Origin: an uncultured Bacilli bacterium
Lineage (GTDB): Bacteria; Bacillota_I; Bacilli_A; RF39; UBA660
Direction: 5' to 3'
Assembly: GCA_947588975.1 (NCBI GenBank)
Contig: CANQAF010000012.1
Span: 1-23,287, forward strand
DNA: 23,287 nt
Part shown: piece after piece, positions 13,576 to 22,390 of the stretch
How the letters are laid out: each line of letters begins with the position of its first letter
Position numbering within the stretch: the first letter of the stretch is position 1
Notes under the pieces: generated by a model
Database searches by the model: none
Told to the model about the DNA's origin: nothing
Seen by the model: only the letters and a program-made list of their open reading frames with translations
Translations under genes and position numbers: made by a program

Positions 13576-14475
13576 TTACACTTTTCTTTCCTTTATGACA
13601 TCATCATCACATAAATGGCCAACTAGCAAAGAAGAACTATCATCATGTTGATGTCTATTTTCATTCACTTGTTCCTCATCATAATTAGCATAACAATATT
13701 TGCAAAAATGAAAGCAAGAATTATATACACCAATATCTACCATTTGAGCACAATTACAATTTTTATTATTTCGTGCATTCCATTTCTTACTAGTTTTTCC
13801 AGTTAGTTTCTTTACAAATTCTAAAGAAAGGCAATCTCCTTTTTGAAAACCATATTCTACTAAATTTCTTTTTTCGGCACAAGTTTGCACAATCATTCCA
13901 TTTTGTTTTGCAATGGAAGAAAAATTGCGTCCAATTGTCTCATAATCTTTTTCATCTAACGTTTTCCAATGTAATTGATATTGATGTTTTCTTACGTTTT
14001 TATAGTCATCCATAAAAGATACAATTATTGTTTTTACATAACCTTTTAGTAAACTACATAAATGAGAAAAAGCTTTTATATGGTATTCTAATGTATAAGT
14101 ATCACTAATAAAAATAGGATCATATCGAACATAAATTGCATCGGGACCAATCATAGATGATAACTGCTGAATTGCATTTATAATAGTTCCTTTAGGTGGA
14201 ACATGTGGTTCTATTTCTTTTCGATAAGGTGTTAATGTTATATGAAATAAAATTGGTTTTTTAATTGTATTTATATAGGGAATGATTGGAATTGGATTTT
14301 TGGTACAAAACAAAATGGCATCAACATGATCAAAATAAATTCGACTCACCTGTTTAGGATAAAATGGATTTCTTACATCAACAAACCCCTCTTGATAACG
14401 TTTCATAAACCAATTTGTATAAAAAGCAACAATATCTGTCCTACCACTAACATTTAAAATCATTACAATCACCAC
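13576..14475 (-). CDS. DUF1848 domain protein (uncharacterised, Cys-cluster)
   Basis: NVSGRTDIVAFYTNWFMKRYQEGFVDVRNPF...ILFCTKNP, with a C-terminal CNCAQMVDIGVYNSCFHFCKYCYAN, matches my recollection of DUF1848. The start is ambiguous (GTG at 14475 or ATG at 14463) and there is no clear SD. Confidence 0.6.
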   Translation of the reverse strand: MVIVMILNVSGRTDIVAFYTNWFMKRYQEGFVDVRNPFYPKQVSRIYFDHVDAILFCTKNPIPIIPYINTIKKPILFHITLTPYRKEIEPHVPPKGTIINAIQQLSSMIGPDAIYVRYDPIFISDTYTLEYHIKAFSHLCSLLKGYVKTIIVSFMDDYKNVRKHQYQLHWKTLDEKDYETIGRNFSSIAKQNGMIVQTCAEKRNLVEYGFQKGDCLSLEFVKKLTGKTSKKWNARNNKNCNCAQMVDIGVYNSCFHFCKYCYANYDEEQVNENRHQHDDSSSLLVGHLCDDDVIKERKV

Positions 14476-14564
14476 AATAATATCATAACATAAAATTATA
14501 TTTTAGATGGTAGTAATTTTTAACACGTTATATTTCACATATCACTTGAATTACACCCAAAACA

Positions 14565-14598
14565 AAAAATTAATGTAAATATTGTTACATTAATTTTT
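14565..14598 (-). terminator. terminator after srtB
   Basis: AAAAATTAATGTAA-ATATTG-TTACATTAATTTTT is a 14-bp, almost pure A/T stem. On the minus strand it is followed by TTTTTTGTT. Confidence 0.5.
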
Positions 14599-14622
14599 AT
14601 AATCTATCTAGACTTTAACTAT

Positions 14623-15423
14623 TTAATGAGATACTTTCTTTGCTACAACTACAAATCTTCCATTTTTTTGAGAATATTCACATGTAGAAAGAGTTAATAG
14701 TTGGTCTCCATAATTTGCGGTTACACCCGTTTCATATATACTATTTTTTTTAGCATTATTGATAAAATCATCATATTCTTTCTCATTTTTAGCATTTACA
14801 AAATAATAATATCGAAATACATTTTTCTCACTTTGATAATATACTCTTGAATAAAATACAGCTAATATTTCATATTCACAATCATCATTAATGGTCGTGA
14901 ATCGAATGGTTTTATGTTCTTGATAAAACTCTTCTTTCGCATACTTTATTAAATCTTCAAACATTAATCCTTGTTTTGTTCTATGACCATATATTAAATA
15001 ATTTGTACTGCCATGATTCCAATCATAATCTTTATCTAAAAATAAACTTCCCGCAGTGGACTTTTCTTTTTTATAATTGTGGGATAGATAAAAATCATTA
15101 TCGAGTCCTTGTGTCACTGGATAATTAATTCTTGTTCCACTTATTTCAAGCCAACCAATCACTTCAGTATTTTGTTTTCGAAGTTCCTCAATTTTTAACA
15201 TTCTTTCTGTTTTTTCCTCAGTGATTTGTGTATCATCCACTATGATTTTTTCTAATATATGTGTGTAATCTTTATAATTTTTATAATTATGATACAAATG
15301 ATAACCTAGATATATTGTTCCAATTAGAAACAATAAAATTAACAATGCAAATACGAATAGAATCACAATTTTACGACGCTTTTTTTTCGTTTTAGATGAA
15401 TTTTTATATTCCTGTTTATTCAT
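14623..15423 (-). CDS. srtB: class B sortase
   Basis: 266 aa. N-terminal membrane anchor, VIGWLEISGTRINYPVTQG, LIYGHR (catalytic His) and LLTLSTCEY (TLxTC catalytic Cys). It lies directly downstream of a wall-sorting-signal protein. Confidence 0.85.
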   Translation of the reverse strand: MNKQEYKNSSKTKKKRRKIVILFVFALLILLFLIGTIYLGYHLYHNYKNYKDYTHILEKIIVDDTQITEEKTERMLKIEELRKQNTEVIGWLEISGTRINYPVTQGLDNDFYLSHNYKKEKSTAGSLFLDKDYDWNHGSTNYLIYGHRTKQGLMFEDLIKYAKEEFYQEHKTIRFTTINDDCEYEILAVFYSRVYYQSEKNVFRYYYFVNAKNEKEYDDFINNAKKNSIYETGVTANYGDQLLTLSTCEYSQKNGRFVVVAKKVSH

Positions 15424-15443
15424 CGTTTATTCCTTTATAAAAT

Positions 15444-15474
15444 TAGAGTAGTAAATTTTGATATTACTACTCTA
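15444..15474 (-). terminator. intra-operon hairpin between the surface protein gene and srtB (possible partial terminator)
   Basis: TAGAGTAGTAA-(9 nt)-TTACTACTCTA: 11-bp stem, 13 nt after the upstream stop. Confidence 0.4.
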
Positions 15475-15486
15475 TGTTTTTATATA

Positions 15487-17193
15487 TTATTTGATTCTTT
15501 TTTCTAAAACTGTAATTCCTGCGAGTGAAACGAGTACCATAGCTCCAGCTATTTCCATATAATGTATAATACCTGTATTTGGAGTATCATCCAATTGATC
15601 ATTATCGTGATCATTATCATCATTAGTGTTACTATCGTCATCTTTTCCTGTTGTTTTGTCATCGTCAGAATCATCTGAAGTATCAATGGTTGTTTTTGAT
15701 AAAAAGTATGTAGAAGCATGGTCTATCAAAATAGTAGCTTTTCCATTCTTATCGATTGTAACGTTCTTTGATATTAATTCTGCTGTATCAGTTTTACTAT
15801 TATAGTAATATAATGCAACTGTGTCTCCTGCAGAATACATATCTGTTGCATCAAATGTAACCTTAGTTCCTGTTGGCAACGTTCCTGAATACTCTAAATC
15901 TATAAACAAGAGTTTAGAAGTACTATTGTCAAGAATATGACTTTCAAATGGTTGTTGTTTTGTAACTTCAATATTTAAATTTAAATCTTTTGTAAAGTCA
16001 GTTTTGATATCTTTTCCATTAAAAGATATCTCTACTCCATTTTCTACTTCAATTACTACATCTACATCTTTTCCTTTTAATTCATTTAATACTTCTTTAG
16101 AAATATAATCTGATGCAGACGCAAGTACCTCTATTTGTTCAGCAGAACTATCTACTAATTGTTCTGTAATTTGATTACTAGGTGTATCTACTGAATTAAG
16201 AATATCCAAATAATATTGTGTTTGCCCTTCTACCACTAAAGTAGTTGCAGTGAATGGAATTGTTCCTACTAAACTATTATTTGTTCCAACAGTCCATACG
16301 GTAGGCTGTTTATATTTTTCCGTTGTATTTACTAAAGTTGCATTTTCATAAGTAAGTTTTGATGTATTTGTTATACCAGTTCCTTGTGATAATTCAATTC
16401 CACCAAATTCATTTTCAGAAACATTAATTGTTCCTTCTAATGTAACATTAGAACCATTGACTAATAATGCAGCATCGCCACCAGCTAACACTACATTTTT
16501 GATAGTTGCAGTGGTATTATATACTTGTAAAACATAATTACCTTTCCATCCAGTGGTATCATCTTTAAAAGTAATGCTATGATTTTGACCATCAATTGTT
16601 ACATTTCTTGTAACATTGACTTTATTTGTAACTTCAATATTATTTGTTAATTTAATTTCTTTTATTTGATTATTTGCTAGAGCACTTAATAATTCTTCTT
16701 CTGTAGCAACTTCTTTTGTATCTTTTACTTCTATTGTTAATTCATTTTCAGCAATTACTACATCATCGCTCGCTCTTAATATTCTATATGTAACTTTATA
16801 TGTTCCTGCTTTACTAAATTGAGCTCTAAATGTACTTGTTGCATTTTGTAAAGGAAAACCTACTCCTTTTACTCCAAATGGTAACCCTATTAAGTTTTTC
16901 CATTCAGATCCCTCTTGATATTCAAGAATATCTAAACCAGATTCATCATTGATATTTCCTGTTCCATAAATATAAACTTTTTTTGCTTCTTCAGCATTTT
17001 CTGGTATCGTAGAAATGGTAAAATTGTTTAATTCACCAACGTAGAAATACCCATCTCCTAATACTTTCATTTCAATTTGTGCTTTTGGAAGTGTATCATC
17101 TGTAACCGCTTGTGCTTTTACATTTGGTAATAATAATAAACATATTGCAATTGACAATATACTTCCTGCTAAAAATGTAAAGTGTTTTTTCAT
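15487..17193 (-). CDS. cell-wall-anchored surface protein with beta-helix-like central region and C-terminal sorting signal
   Basis: 568 aa with SD AAGGAGG upstream. Signal peptide MKKHFTFLAGSILSIAICLLLLPNVKAQA. The segment NVTIDGQNHSITF...NVVLAGGDAALLVNGSNVTLEG resembles a right-handed beta-helix. An Asp/Asn-rich linker is followed by TPNTG (15571-15585), a hydrophobic stretch and a KRIK tail. Confidence 0.8.
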   Translation of the reverse strand: MKKHFTFLAGSILSIAICLLLLPNVKAQAVTDDTLPKAQIEMKVLGDGYFYVGELNNFTISTIPENAEEAKKVYIYGTGNINDESGLDILEYQEGSEWKNLIGLPFGVKGVGFPLQNATSTFRAQFSKAGTYKVTYRILRASDDVVIAENELTIEVKDTKEVATEEELLSALANNQIKEIKLTNNIEVTNKVNVTRNVTIDGQNHSITFKDDTTGWKGNYVLQVYNTTATIKNVVLAGGDAALLVNGSNVTLEGTINVSENEFGGIELSQGTGITNTSKLTYENATLVNTTEKYKQPTVWTVGTNNSLVGTIPFTATTLVVEGQTQYYLDILNSVDTPSNQITEQLVDSSAEQIEVLASASDYISKEVLNELKGKDVDVVIEVENGVEISFNGKDIKTDFTKDLNLNIEVTKQQPFESHILDNSTSKLLFIDLEYSGTLPTGTKVTFDATDMYSAGDTVALYYYNSKTDTAELISKNVTIDKNGKATILIDHASTYFLSKTTIDTSDDSDDDKTTGKDDDSNTNDDNDHDNDQLDDTPNTGIIHYMEIAGAMVLVSLAGITVLEKRIK

Positions 17194-17265
17194 AATTTCC
17201 TCCTTAAAAAAAACCTATATATCAAATAAAACCTACGATTCTACTTAATATATATTTACATATTT

Positions 17266-17313
17266 ATTATATACATAATCGCTATGATCTGTCAAATCAA
17301 TTTTACAGATCAT
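17266..17313 (-). promoter_or_regulatory. promoter of the surface protein-srtB operon with an overlapping inverted repeat
   Basis: On the minus strand, -35 TTGACA is the complement of 17290-17295, followed by an 18-nt spacer and -10 TATAAT (complement of 17266-17271). The 9-bp inverted repeat ATGATCTGT-N12-ACAGATCAT at 17284-17313 covers the -35. Confidence 0.45.
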
Positions 17314-17444
17314 TTGACAACTTGCATACATCATATAATATGATAATTTTGTATGTTTGTTGTAAATAATATTTTTATTTTTATCATCATTACGAATATT
17401 ATCAAACTCATTTAAAATCTATCAATAAAATTATTTTTATAAAA

Positions 17445-17520
17445 TGGTGTTCCCGACAGGACTCGAACCCGTATCGGTCCCTTAGGAGGGGACTGCTCTA
17501 TCCTGCTGAGCTACGAGAAC
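17445..17520 (-). tRNA. tRNA-Arg (anticodon CCU), CCA encoded
   Basis: The reverse complement is GTTCTCGTAGCTCAGCAGGATAGAGCAGTCCCCTCCTAAGGGACCGATACGGGTTCGAGTCCTGTCGGGAACACCA. It folds with anticodon stem GTCCC/GGGAC and loop C-T-CCT-A-A. Confidence 0.85.
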
Positions 17521-17570
17521 CTATTTATATTGTAACATATTTTTTATAATAAAAAAACAGGAAAAAAATC

Positions 17571-18083
17571 CTATTTTAGTATATTCAGTAAAAACAACAT
17601 AGAAAAGTTGACTGCATATGATAATTGGAATTTAAATTTACGGCCAAATTCATAGACACCTACACACTTGTCCACCAAACAAATAATCCAACTTTCTGCA
17701 TATTTTGGAATACGATAATCTACAGGAAACATATGTGTTTTAATCATATCCTCTTCTTTTTCCGTAAGTTTAAAATGTTTTTTTGCATTTTCTAAAGCCA
17801 CTTTCGGATGACCAGTTGTAAATAAGATTACTTTGTCTTTTGATTTTTTGTAATCTGTCGTACGATCTAAAAAGAAATCATGTAAAAGTCCAGCACGAGC
17901 CACTTGATCATAATCTAAGTGGAATAGTTTAGCTAGTTTATAAGAATAATATGAAACACGAATCGAATGATTCATACGTGTTGTTCCATGATGTTCAATT
18001 GTTCCTATTTGATTAAATTCTTTATTTTCTAAAATCGGTTTTACAAATCGAATATAATGCTTATCTTGATGATAATCAACCAT
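17571..18083 (-). CDS. HD-domain phosphohydrolase
   Basis: 170 aa with SD GAGGTGA upstream. HHGTTRMNHSIRVSYYSY...GLLHDFFLD provides the H...HD metal-binding motifs. Confidence 0.7.
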   Translation of the reverse strand: MVDYHQDKHYIRFVKPILENKEFNQIGTIEHHGTTRMNHSIRVSYYSYKLAKLFHLDYDQVARAGLLHDFFLDRTTDYKKSKDKVILFTTGHPKVALENAKKHFKLTEKEEDMIKTHMFPVDYRIPKYAESWIICLVDKCVGVYEFGRKFKFQLSYAVNFSMLFLLNILK

Positions 18084-18182
18084 ATTTTATCTTCACCTCA
18101 AGTACTATTACATTATATCATAGATTTGAAAAAATAATCATTATTTTTATAACATTTTAATAATTTATTTTAAAAGAATCAA

Positions 18183-18208
18183 AAAAGCGTTGATTTTTCA
18201 ACGCTTTT
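18183..18208. terminator. hairpin terminator after the DUF3048 gene
   Basis: AAAAGCGTTG-ATTTTT-CAACGCTTTT, located immediately beside the stop at 18210. Confidence 0.65.
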
Positions 18209-18209
18209 A

Positions 18210-19235
18210 TTATGAAATAACTGCTGTTTGGTATGTTGGAAAAATTTGAATAAACGTATTTCCGTCATTAACAGTAATTTCTGTTCCATCCATATAACTA
18301 TATACTGTCTGTGCTTGTCTAGATGGTTTACTCCAAGTGATTGGAACCGCATATCCATCTGTTATAAAATATCCACTGCCAGTACCAACTGTATCTAAAT
18401 TTTGTCTTCCATAAGAATCCAAATTATAATTGTTTACACTTGCTATAATAATATTTTTAAAATGATATTGTTCTTGAGTAACAGCATCTTTATGAATCTC
18501 TCCATTCACAGAACGATCGTATACTTTTTGTTCAGGATCATATACATAAGATGATGTCACATATGCCGAATAACGAAGAGAAATACTATTTGCAATCATG
18601 GCATCTTCTCTACCGTCCAAACCAATTTCATCAATACTATATTGTAATAATAATGGTTGTGAAGATGTTGTACGGTAACCTTTTTGTGATATGGTTTCTC
18701 GAATAGCTGACATACTTGTAAATGCTGTATGTTCATAGTCAACACCTAATGAAAAATCTCTATAAAATCCATTATCATAAAGGCCATTAATATTATTAAT
18801 ACCTAATGTACGAATATCACTTTCAGCTTGAGGACTCCATCCAAAATGCACATAAATTGCATCGTGTTCTAATGCATAATCTAAATAATTATGACGCGAG
18901 CTACGAACAGAACCAATACGGTCTGTATCTTGATCCTTGAAAACCGCCATTAATCGTGTTAACCCACCTTCTACAATCATTTCATAAACAACATAAGCAT
19001 CTTGTAACCCCGCATGATTTCTTCTTGCTTGTGCATGATTATTAATCATAACTGCAATTGGTCTACTATTAGATTCTTCATCAATAATCTGTAATTTTGG
19101 AACTGGTACCTCAGGTATTGGTTCTTCTATTGATTCTTCTTTTGGAGATTTTGTGAACATCCAAATCGCTACTCCAATTAATCCACCAATTAAAATAATG
19201 CCAAGTATTATAAAAATGATTTTTGATTTCTTCAT
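18210..19235 (-). CDS. DUF3048 (YerB-like) exported protein
   Basis: The most likely start is the ATG at 19235; the track's GTG at 19244 lies within the SD GAAGGTGGA. It has an N-terminal membrane anchor/signal. RPIAVMINNHAQARRNHAGLQDAYVVYEMIVEGGLTRLMAVF is the conserved DUF3048 core. Confidence 0.75.
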   Translation of the reverse strand: MKKSKIIFIILGIILIGGLIGVAIWMFTKSPKEESIEEPIPEVPVPKLQIIDEESNSRPIAVMINNHAQARRNHAGLQDAYVVYEMIVEGGLTRLMAVFKDQDTDRIGSVRSSRHNYLDYALEHDAIYVHFGWSPQAESDIRTLGINNINGLYDNGFYRDFSLGVDYEHTAFTSMSAIRETISQKGYRTTSSQPLLLQYSIDEIGLDGREDAMIANSISLRYSAYVTSSYVYDPEQKVYDRSVNGEIHKDAVTQEQYHFKNIIIASVNNYNLDSYGRQNLDTVGTGSGYFITDGYAVPITWSKPSRQAQTVYSYMDGTEITVNDGNTFIQIFPTYQTAVIS

Positions 19236-19265
19236 AACATCCACCTTCTAATTTTATTATAACAA

Positions 19266-19303
19266 AAAACATAGAAAACGTTTCAACCTATTTTCTATGT
19301 TTT
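19266..19303. terminator. hairpin terminator after the rhomboid gene
   Basis: AAAACATAGAAAA-(12 nt)-TTTTCTATGTTTT. Confidence 0.55.
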
Positions 19304-19311
19304 CATTTACT

Positions 19312-20475
19312 TTACAATACAAGTCCATGAAATGCCATGAACCATAAAAACAAAATAAATATAAGAGTCAAAATCCAACCATTTGTTTTTTCAAATTGCG
19401 TCGATTTAAAAGGAACTCCTAATGCCATAGTAATTAACGCTCCACCAACGAGTCCACCGATATGAGCAGCAGCATCAATTCCTGGAATCACAAAACTCAT
19501 AATTAAATTCACTAAAATAAGTGGAATAATTTGTGATTTTAAAACAGTACCTAAATAAATGCGATAATGATATCCAAAATATAAAAGAGAACCAAATAAT
19601 CCAAAGATAGCTCCACTTGCACCTGCACTTACATAATCAGAAAATACGATAGAAAGTAAATTGCCAGCAATGGCACTAAACAAATATACACAAATATACT
19701 TCGCTTTTCCTAAAAAACTTTCCAGTTGTGTTCCAATTACATATAAAGCATAATTATTCATTAAAAAATGAAGGATTCCAATATGCAAAAATGCGCTTGT
19801 TAGTAATCGATAATATTCTCCTGCACGAACCAAAGGTCCATAATTTGCTCCAAAATGAAGTAATGTATAGACATTTTCACTGCCATTCCCAAAAAAATAC
19901 ATTGCTAAAAACATAATGGTATTAATAGCAATCAATATATATGTTACAACTGGTTTTTTTGGTTCAAATACTTGATTGGCTTTTTTAGATTCTTCCTCGT
20001 TTTTTAAACTAATATCCTTAGTAATCTTCATGAATAGTTCTACTCCCTTTTCTTTAAAAGAAGTTTTTTTTGTAATAGTAGGAAATTCATCAATAATAAA
20101 TGGATATTTTTTTAAATCAGATATTTTTTTCACATTTGCACAAGAAATACTACCAACATGTGTATAATCATTCATATGAACACTATCTCCTAAATTAACA
20201 AATAAAGATAATGCTTCCATATGGAAAGAGCAAGTCTTTTTCTTTACCCTTTTTAAAATTTGTTCTGTACGATATAAATCAAAACTCATCTGTTCATCAT
20301 TATGAATATAATTTGATACAATGCGAACAACCTGATAAGAATTTTCTAAATTTTCTAACCAGATTTCATTTTTTGCGCCATGTAATACAATTGGACTATA
20401 ACCTTGTTCAGTAATAAAAAAATGTAAAAGTTTCATTACAAGTTCATCACTTTTTTCTAACATAACTTCTTCCAT
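19312..20475 (-). CDS. rhomboid-family intramembrane serine protease (GluP-like, with cytoplasmic N-terminal domain)
   Basis: 387 aa with SD GGAGG upstream. Rhomboid motifs HIGILHFLMN, catalytic GASGAIFGLFG and AHIGGLVGG lie in a six-helix C-terminal half. Confidence 0.85.
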   Translation of the reverse strand: MEEVMLEKSDELVMKLLHFFITEQGYSPIVLHGAKNEIWLENLENSYQVVRIVSNYIHNDEQMSFDLYRTEQILKRVKKKTCSFHMEALSLFVNLGDSVHMNDYTHVGSISCANVKKISDLKKYPFIIDEFPTITKKTSFKEKGVELFMKITKDISLKNEEESKKANQVFEPKKPVVTYILIAINTIMFLAMYFFGNGSENVYTLLHFGANYGPLVRAGEYYRLLTSAFLHIGILHFLMNNYALYVIGTQLESFLGKAKYICVYLFSAIAGNLLSIVFSDYVSAGASGAIFGLFGSLLYFGYHYRIYLGTVLKSQIIPLILVNLIMSFVIPGIDAAAHIGGLVGGALITMALGVPFKSTQFEKTNGWILTLIFILFLWFMAFHGLVL

Positions 20476-20539
20476 AATTTCCTCCAGTCAGTAATAATAT
20501 TGTACCTTATTTCATAGAATAAGTAAAGAGGTGAAACTG

Positions 20540-20995
20540 TTGAAAAAAATAATCCAATTTATTATTATTTTAGTTCCATGGTTTTTAGGAGGATTTTTAT
20601 TTTCAAGCAATATCAGTTATTATAAATCGTTAAATTTACCATTTTTTGCTCCACCCGGAATTCTTTTCCCAATTATATGGACAATTTTATATATTTTAAT
20701 TGCAATTAGTATTTATCTCATTTTAAAAGAATATCATTTAAAAGAAATTCCAGGTTATCGAAATGCACTCATTAGTAATTATATATTGAATCAGTTATTT
20801 ACATTTTTCTTTTTTACTTTAGAAAATACTTTTTTAGGATTTGTCGATGCCATTGCGACACTAATTACAGCATTATTCTTATATTATGAAACAAAATCAC
20901 TGAATAAAAAAGCAAGTCTGTTCTTGCTTCCATACTTATTTTGGTGCTTATTTGCAAGTATTTTAAGTTTATCAATATATTTTATGAATTTGTAA
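20540..20995 (+). CDS. tspO: TspO/MBR family tryptophan-rich sensory protein
   Basis: The segment LNLPFFAPPGILFPIIWTILYILIAIS and five hydrophobic helices are typical of the family. The likely start is the TTG at 20540, 6 nt after SD AGAGGTG; the track's GTG at 20531 is inside the SD. The 3' end overlaps convergent rluD by 14 nt. Confidence 0.75.
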   Translation: MKKIIQFIIILVPWFLGGFLFSSNISYYKSLNLPFFAPPGILFPIIWTILYILIAISIYLILKEYHLKEIPGYRNALISNYILNQLFTFFFFTLENTFLGFVDAIATLITALFLYYETKSLNKKASLFLLPYLFWCLFASILSLSIYFMNL

Positions 20996-21884
20996 CTTGC
21001 TTTAAAACATTCATAAAACATTCAGGTAATTCACTGGTAAATTCCATATACTGATTAGTAGTAGGATGGATAAATCCCAGTGTTTTTGCGTGTAAACATT
21101 GACCTGTATCGTCTATTTTTTTACGATGTCCATATACAGGGTCATTGACAATTGGATAGCCAATATAATTCATGTGAACACGAATTTGATGTGTTCTTCC
21201 CGTTTCTAGTTGTAATTCTAGTAATGTAGCATTAGAATATCGTTCCAATACTTTAAAATGAGTAATAGCACGTTTACTATTAACATCTGTCACAGCCATT
21301 TTTTTACGGTCATGCAAATCTCTTCCAATTGGAGCATCAATAGTACCTGTATCAGTATTCACTATACCCCATACCAATGCTACATATTTACGAGTTGTTG
21401 TTTTTTCTTCTAATTGTTTTGCTAAAGATTCGTGTGCTTTATTATTTTTGGCAATTACTAATAGACCTGTTGTATCGGCATCAATCCTATGTACAATGCC
21501 AGGTCGAAATTCTCCATTAATAGAACTCAACTTTTGAGAATGATATAAAAGTCCATTTACTAATGTTCCACTAGGATTCCCAACTGCAGGATGTACTACT
21601 ACTCCATTTGCCTTATTTACTACAATTATATCATCATCTTCATAGACAATATCTAAATCCATTTTTTCTGGTTTTAAATCCATAGGTTCTTCATGATATT
21701 CTTCAACTTCTATTTTATCTTTTTCTTTAATTAGATAACTACTTTTGGCAGGTTTAGAATTAACTAACACTTGTTGATTTATAATCATTTCTTGAATTTT
21801 ACTTCGACTTAAATCACAACATTGCGTCAAGTAAGTATCCAAACGTTCCCCACTATGATCAATTTCTACTTCATATGTTTGCAT
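20982..21884 (-). CDS. rluD: RluA-family 23S rRNA pseudouridine synthase (RluD-like)
   Basis: Start reassigned to the ATG at 21884 (MQTYEVEIDHSGERLD), which has SD GGAGG upstream. It has an S4 domain, the catalytic HRIDADTTGLLV motif and GRTHQIRVHM. It overlaps the lspA 3' end, consistent with a conserved lspA-rluD operon. Confidence 0.85.
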   Translation of the reverse strand: MQTYEVEIDHSGERLDTYLTQCCDLSRSKIQEMIINQQVLVNSKPAKSSYLIKEKDKIEVEEYHEEPMDLKPEKMDLDIVYEDDDIIVVNKANGVVVHPAVGNPSGTLVNGLLYHSQKLSSINGEFRPGIVHRIDADTTGLLVIAKNNKAHESLAKQLEEKTTTRKYVALVWGIVNTDTGTIDAPIGRDLHDRKKMAVTDVNSKRAITHFKVLERYSNATLLELQLETGRTHQIRVHMNYIGYPIVNDPVYGHRKKIDDTGQCLHAKTLGFIHPTTNQYMEFTSELPECFMNVLKQVTNS

Positions 21885-22330
21885 TGCCAGTCCTCCTTCC
21901 AAAAAATAGCCATCATAAGAATTGCCCCACATACTACACATATATCGGCAAAATTAAAAATCGCAAAAGAATAACCAAAAATTGTAAAATCTAAATAATC
22001 AATCACTCCTGCTCGAAAAATACGATCGATTAAATTTCCAAATATTCCACCATATAAAAGTCCAAAGGCAATTACTTTCCATATTGTTAATTCTTGTTTT
22101 TGAATCCATTTAAATAATCCAATTATAATCATAATAGCCAATAAAATAATTGGAATTTGTGAGCCAGAAAATAAGCTAAAAGCAACTCCTGTATTTTTAA
22201 CTAAAGTGAATGAAAAAAAATTGGGAATTATTATAATGCTCTCACCCATATTGATCGCATTACAAAATACATATTTCATTATTTGATCAAAAATAATTAT
22301 TGTTACAGCTATGCTAAATATTTTTTTCAT
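21866..22330 (-). CDS. lspA: lipoprotein signal peptidase II
   Basis: 154 aa with four TM segments. NTGVAFSLF, GNLIDR and FNFADICV are LspA signature motifs. Confidence 0.85.
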   Translation of the reverse strand: MKKIFSIAVTIIIFDQIMKYVFCNAINMGESIIIIPNFFSFTLVKNTGVAFSLFSGSQIPIILLAIMIIIGLFKWIQKQELTIWKVIAFGLLYGGIFGNLIDRIFRAGVIDYLDFTIFGYSFAIFNFADICVVCGAILMMAIFWKEDWQCKHMK

Positions 22331-22390
22331 ACTCTCACCACCAAATTATTATAACAAAATATAAAGAAAAAAGAAAGTTTCACCTTCTTT

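Noticed and set aside
17314-17345. Plus-strand TTGACA ... TATAAT near 17314-17340
   Set aside because: The spacer is 14 nt (16 nt only to a weaker TAATAT). The promoter would also fire antisense into tRNA-Arg. The minus-strand promoter for the surface-protein operon explains the region better.
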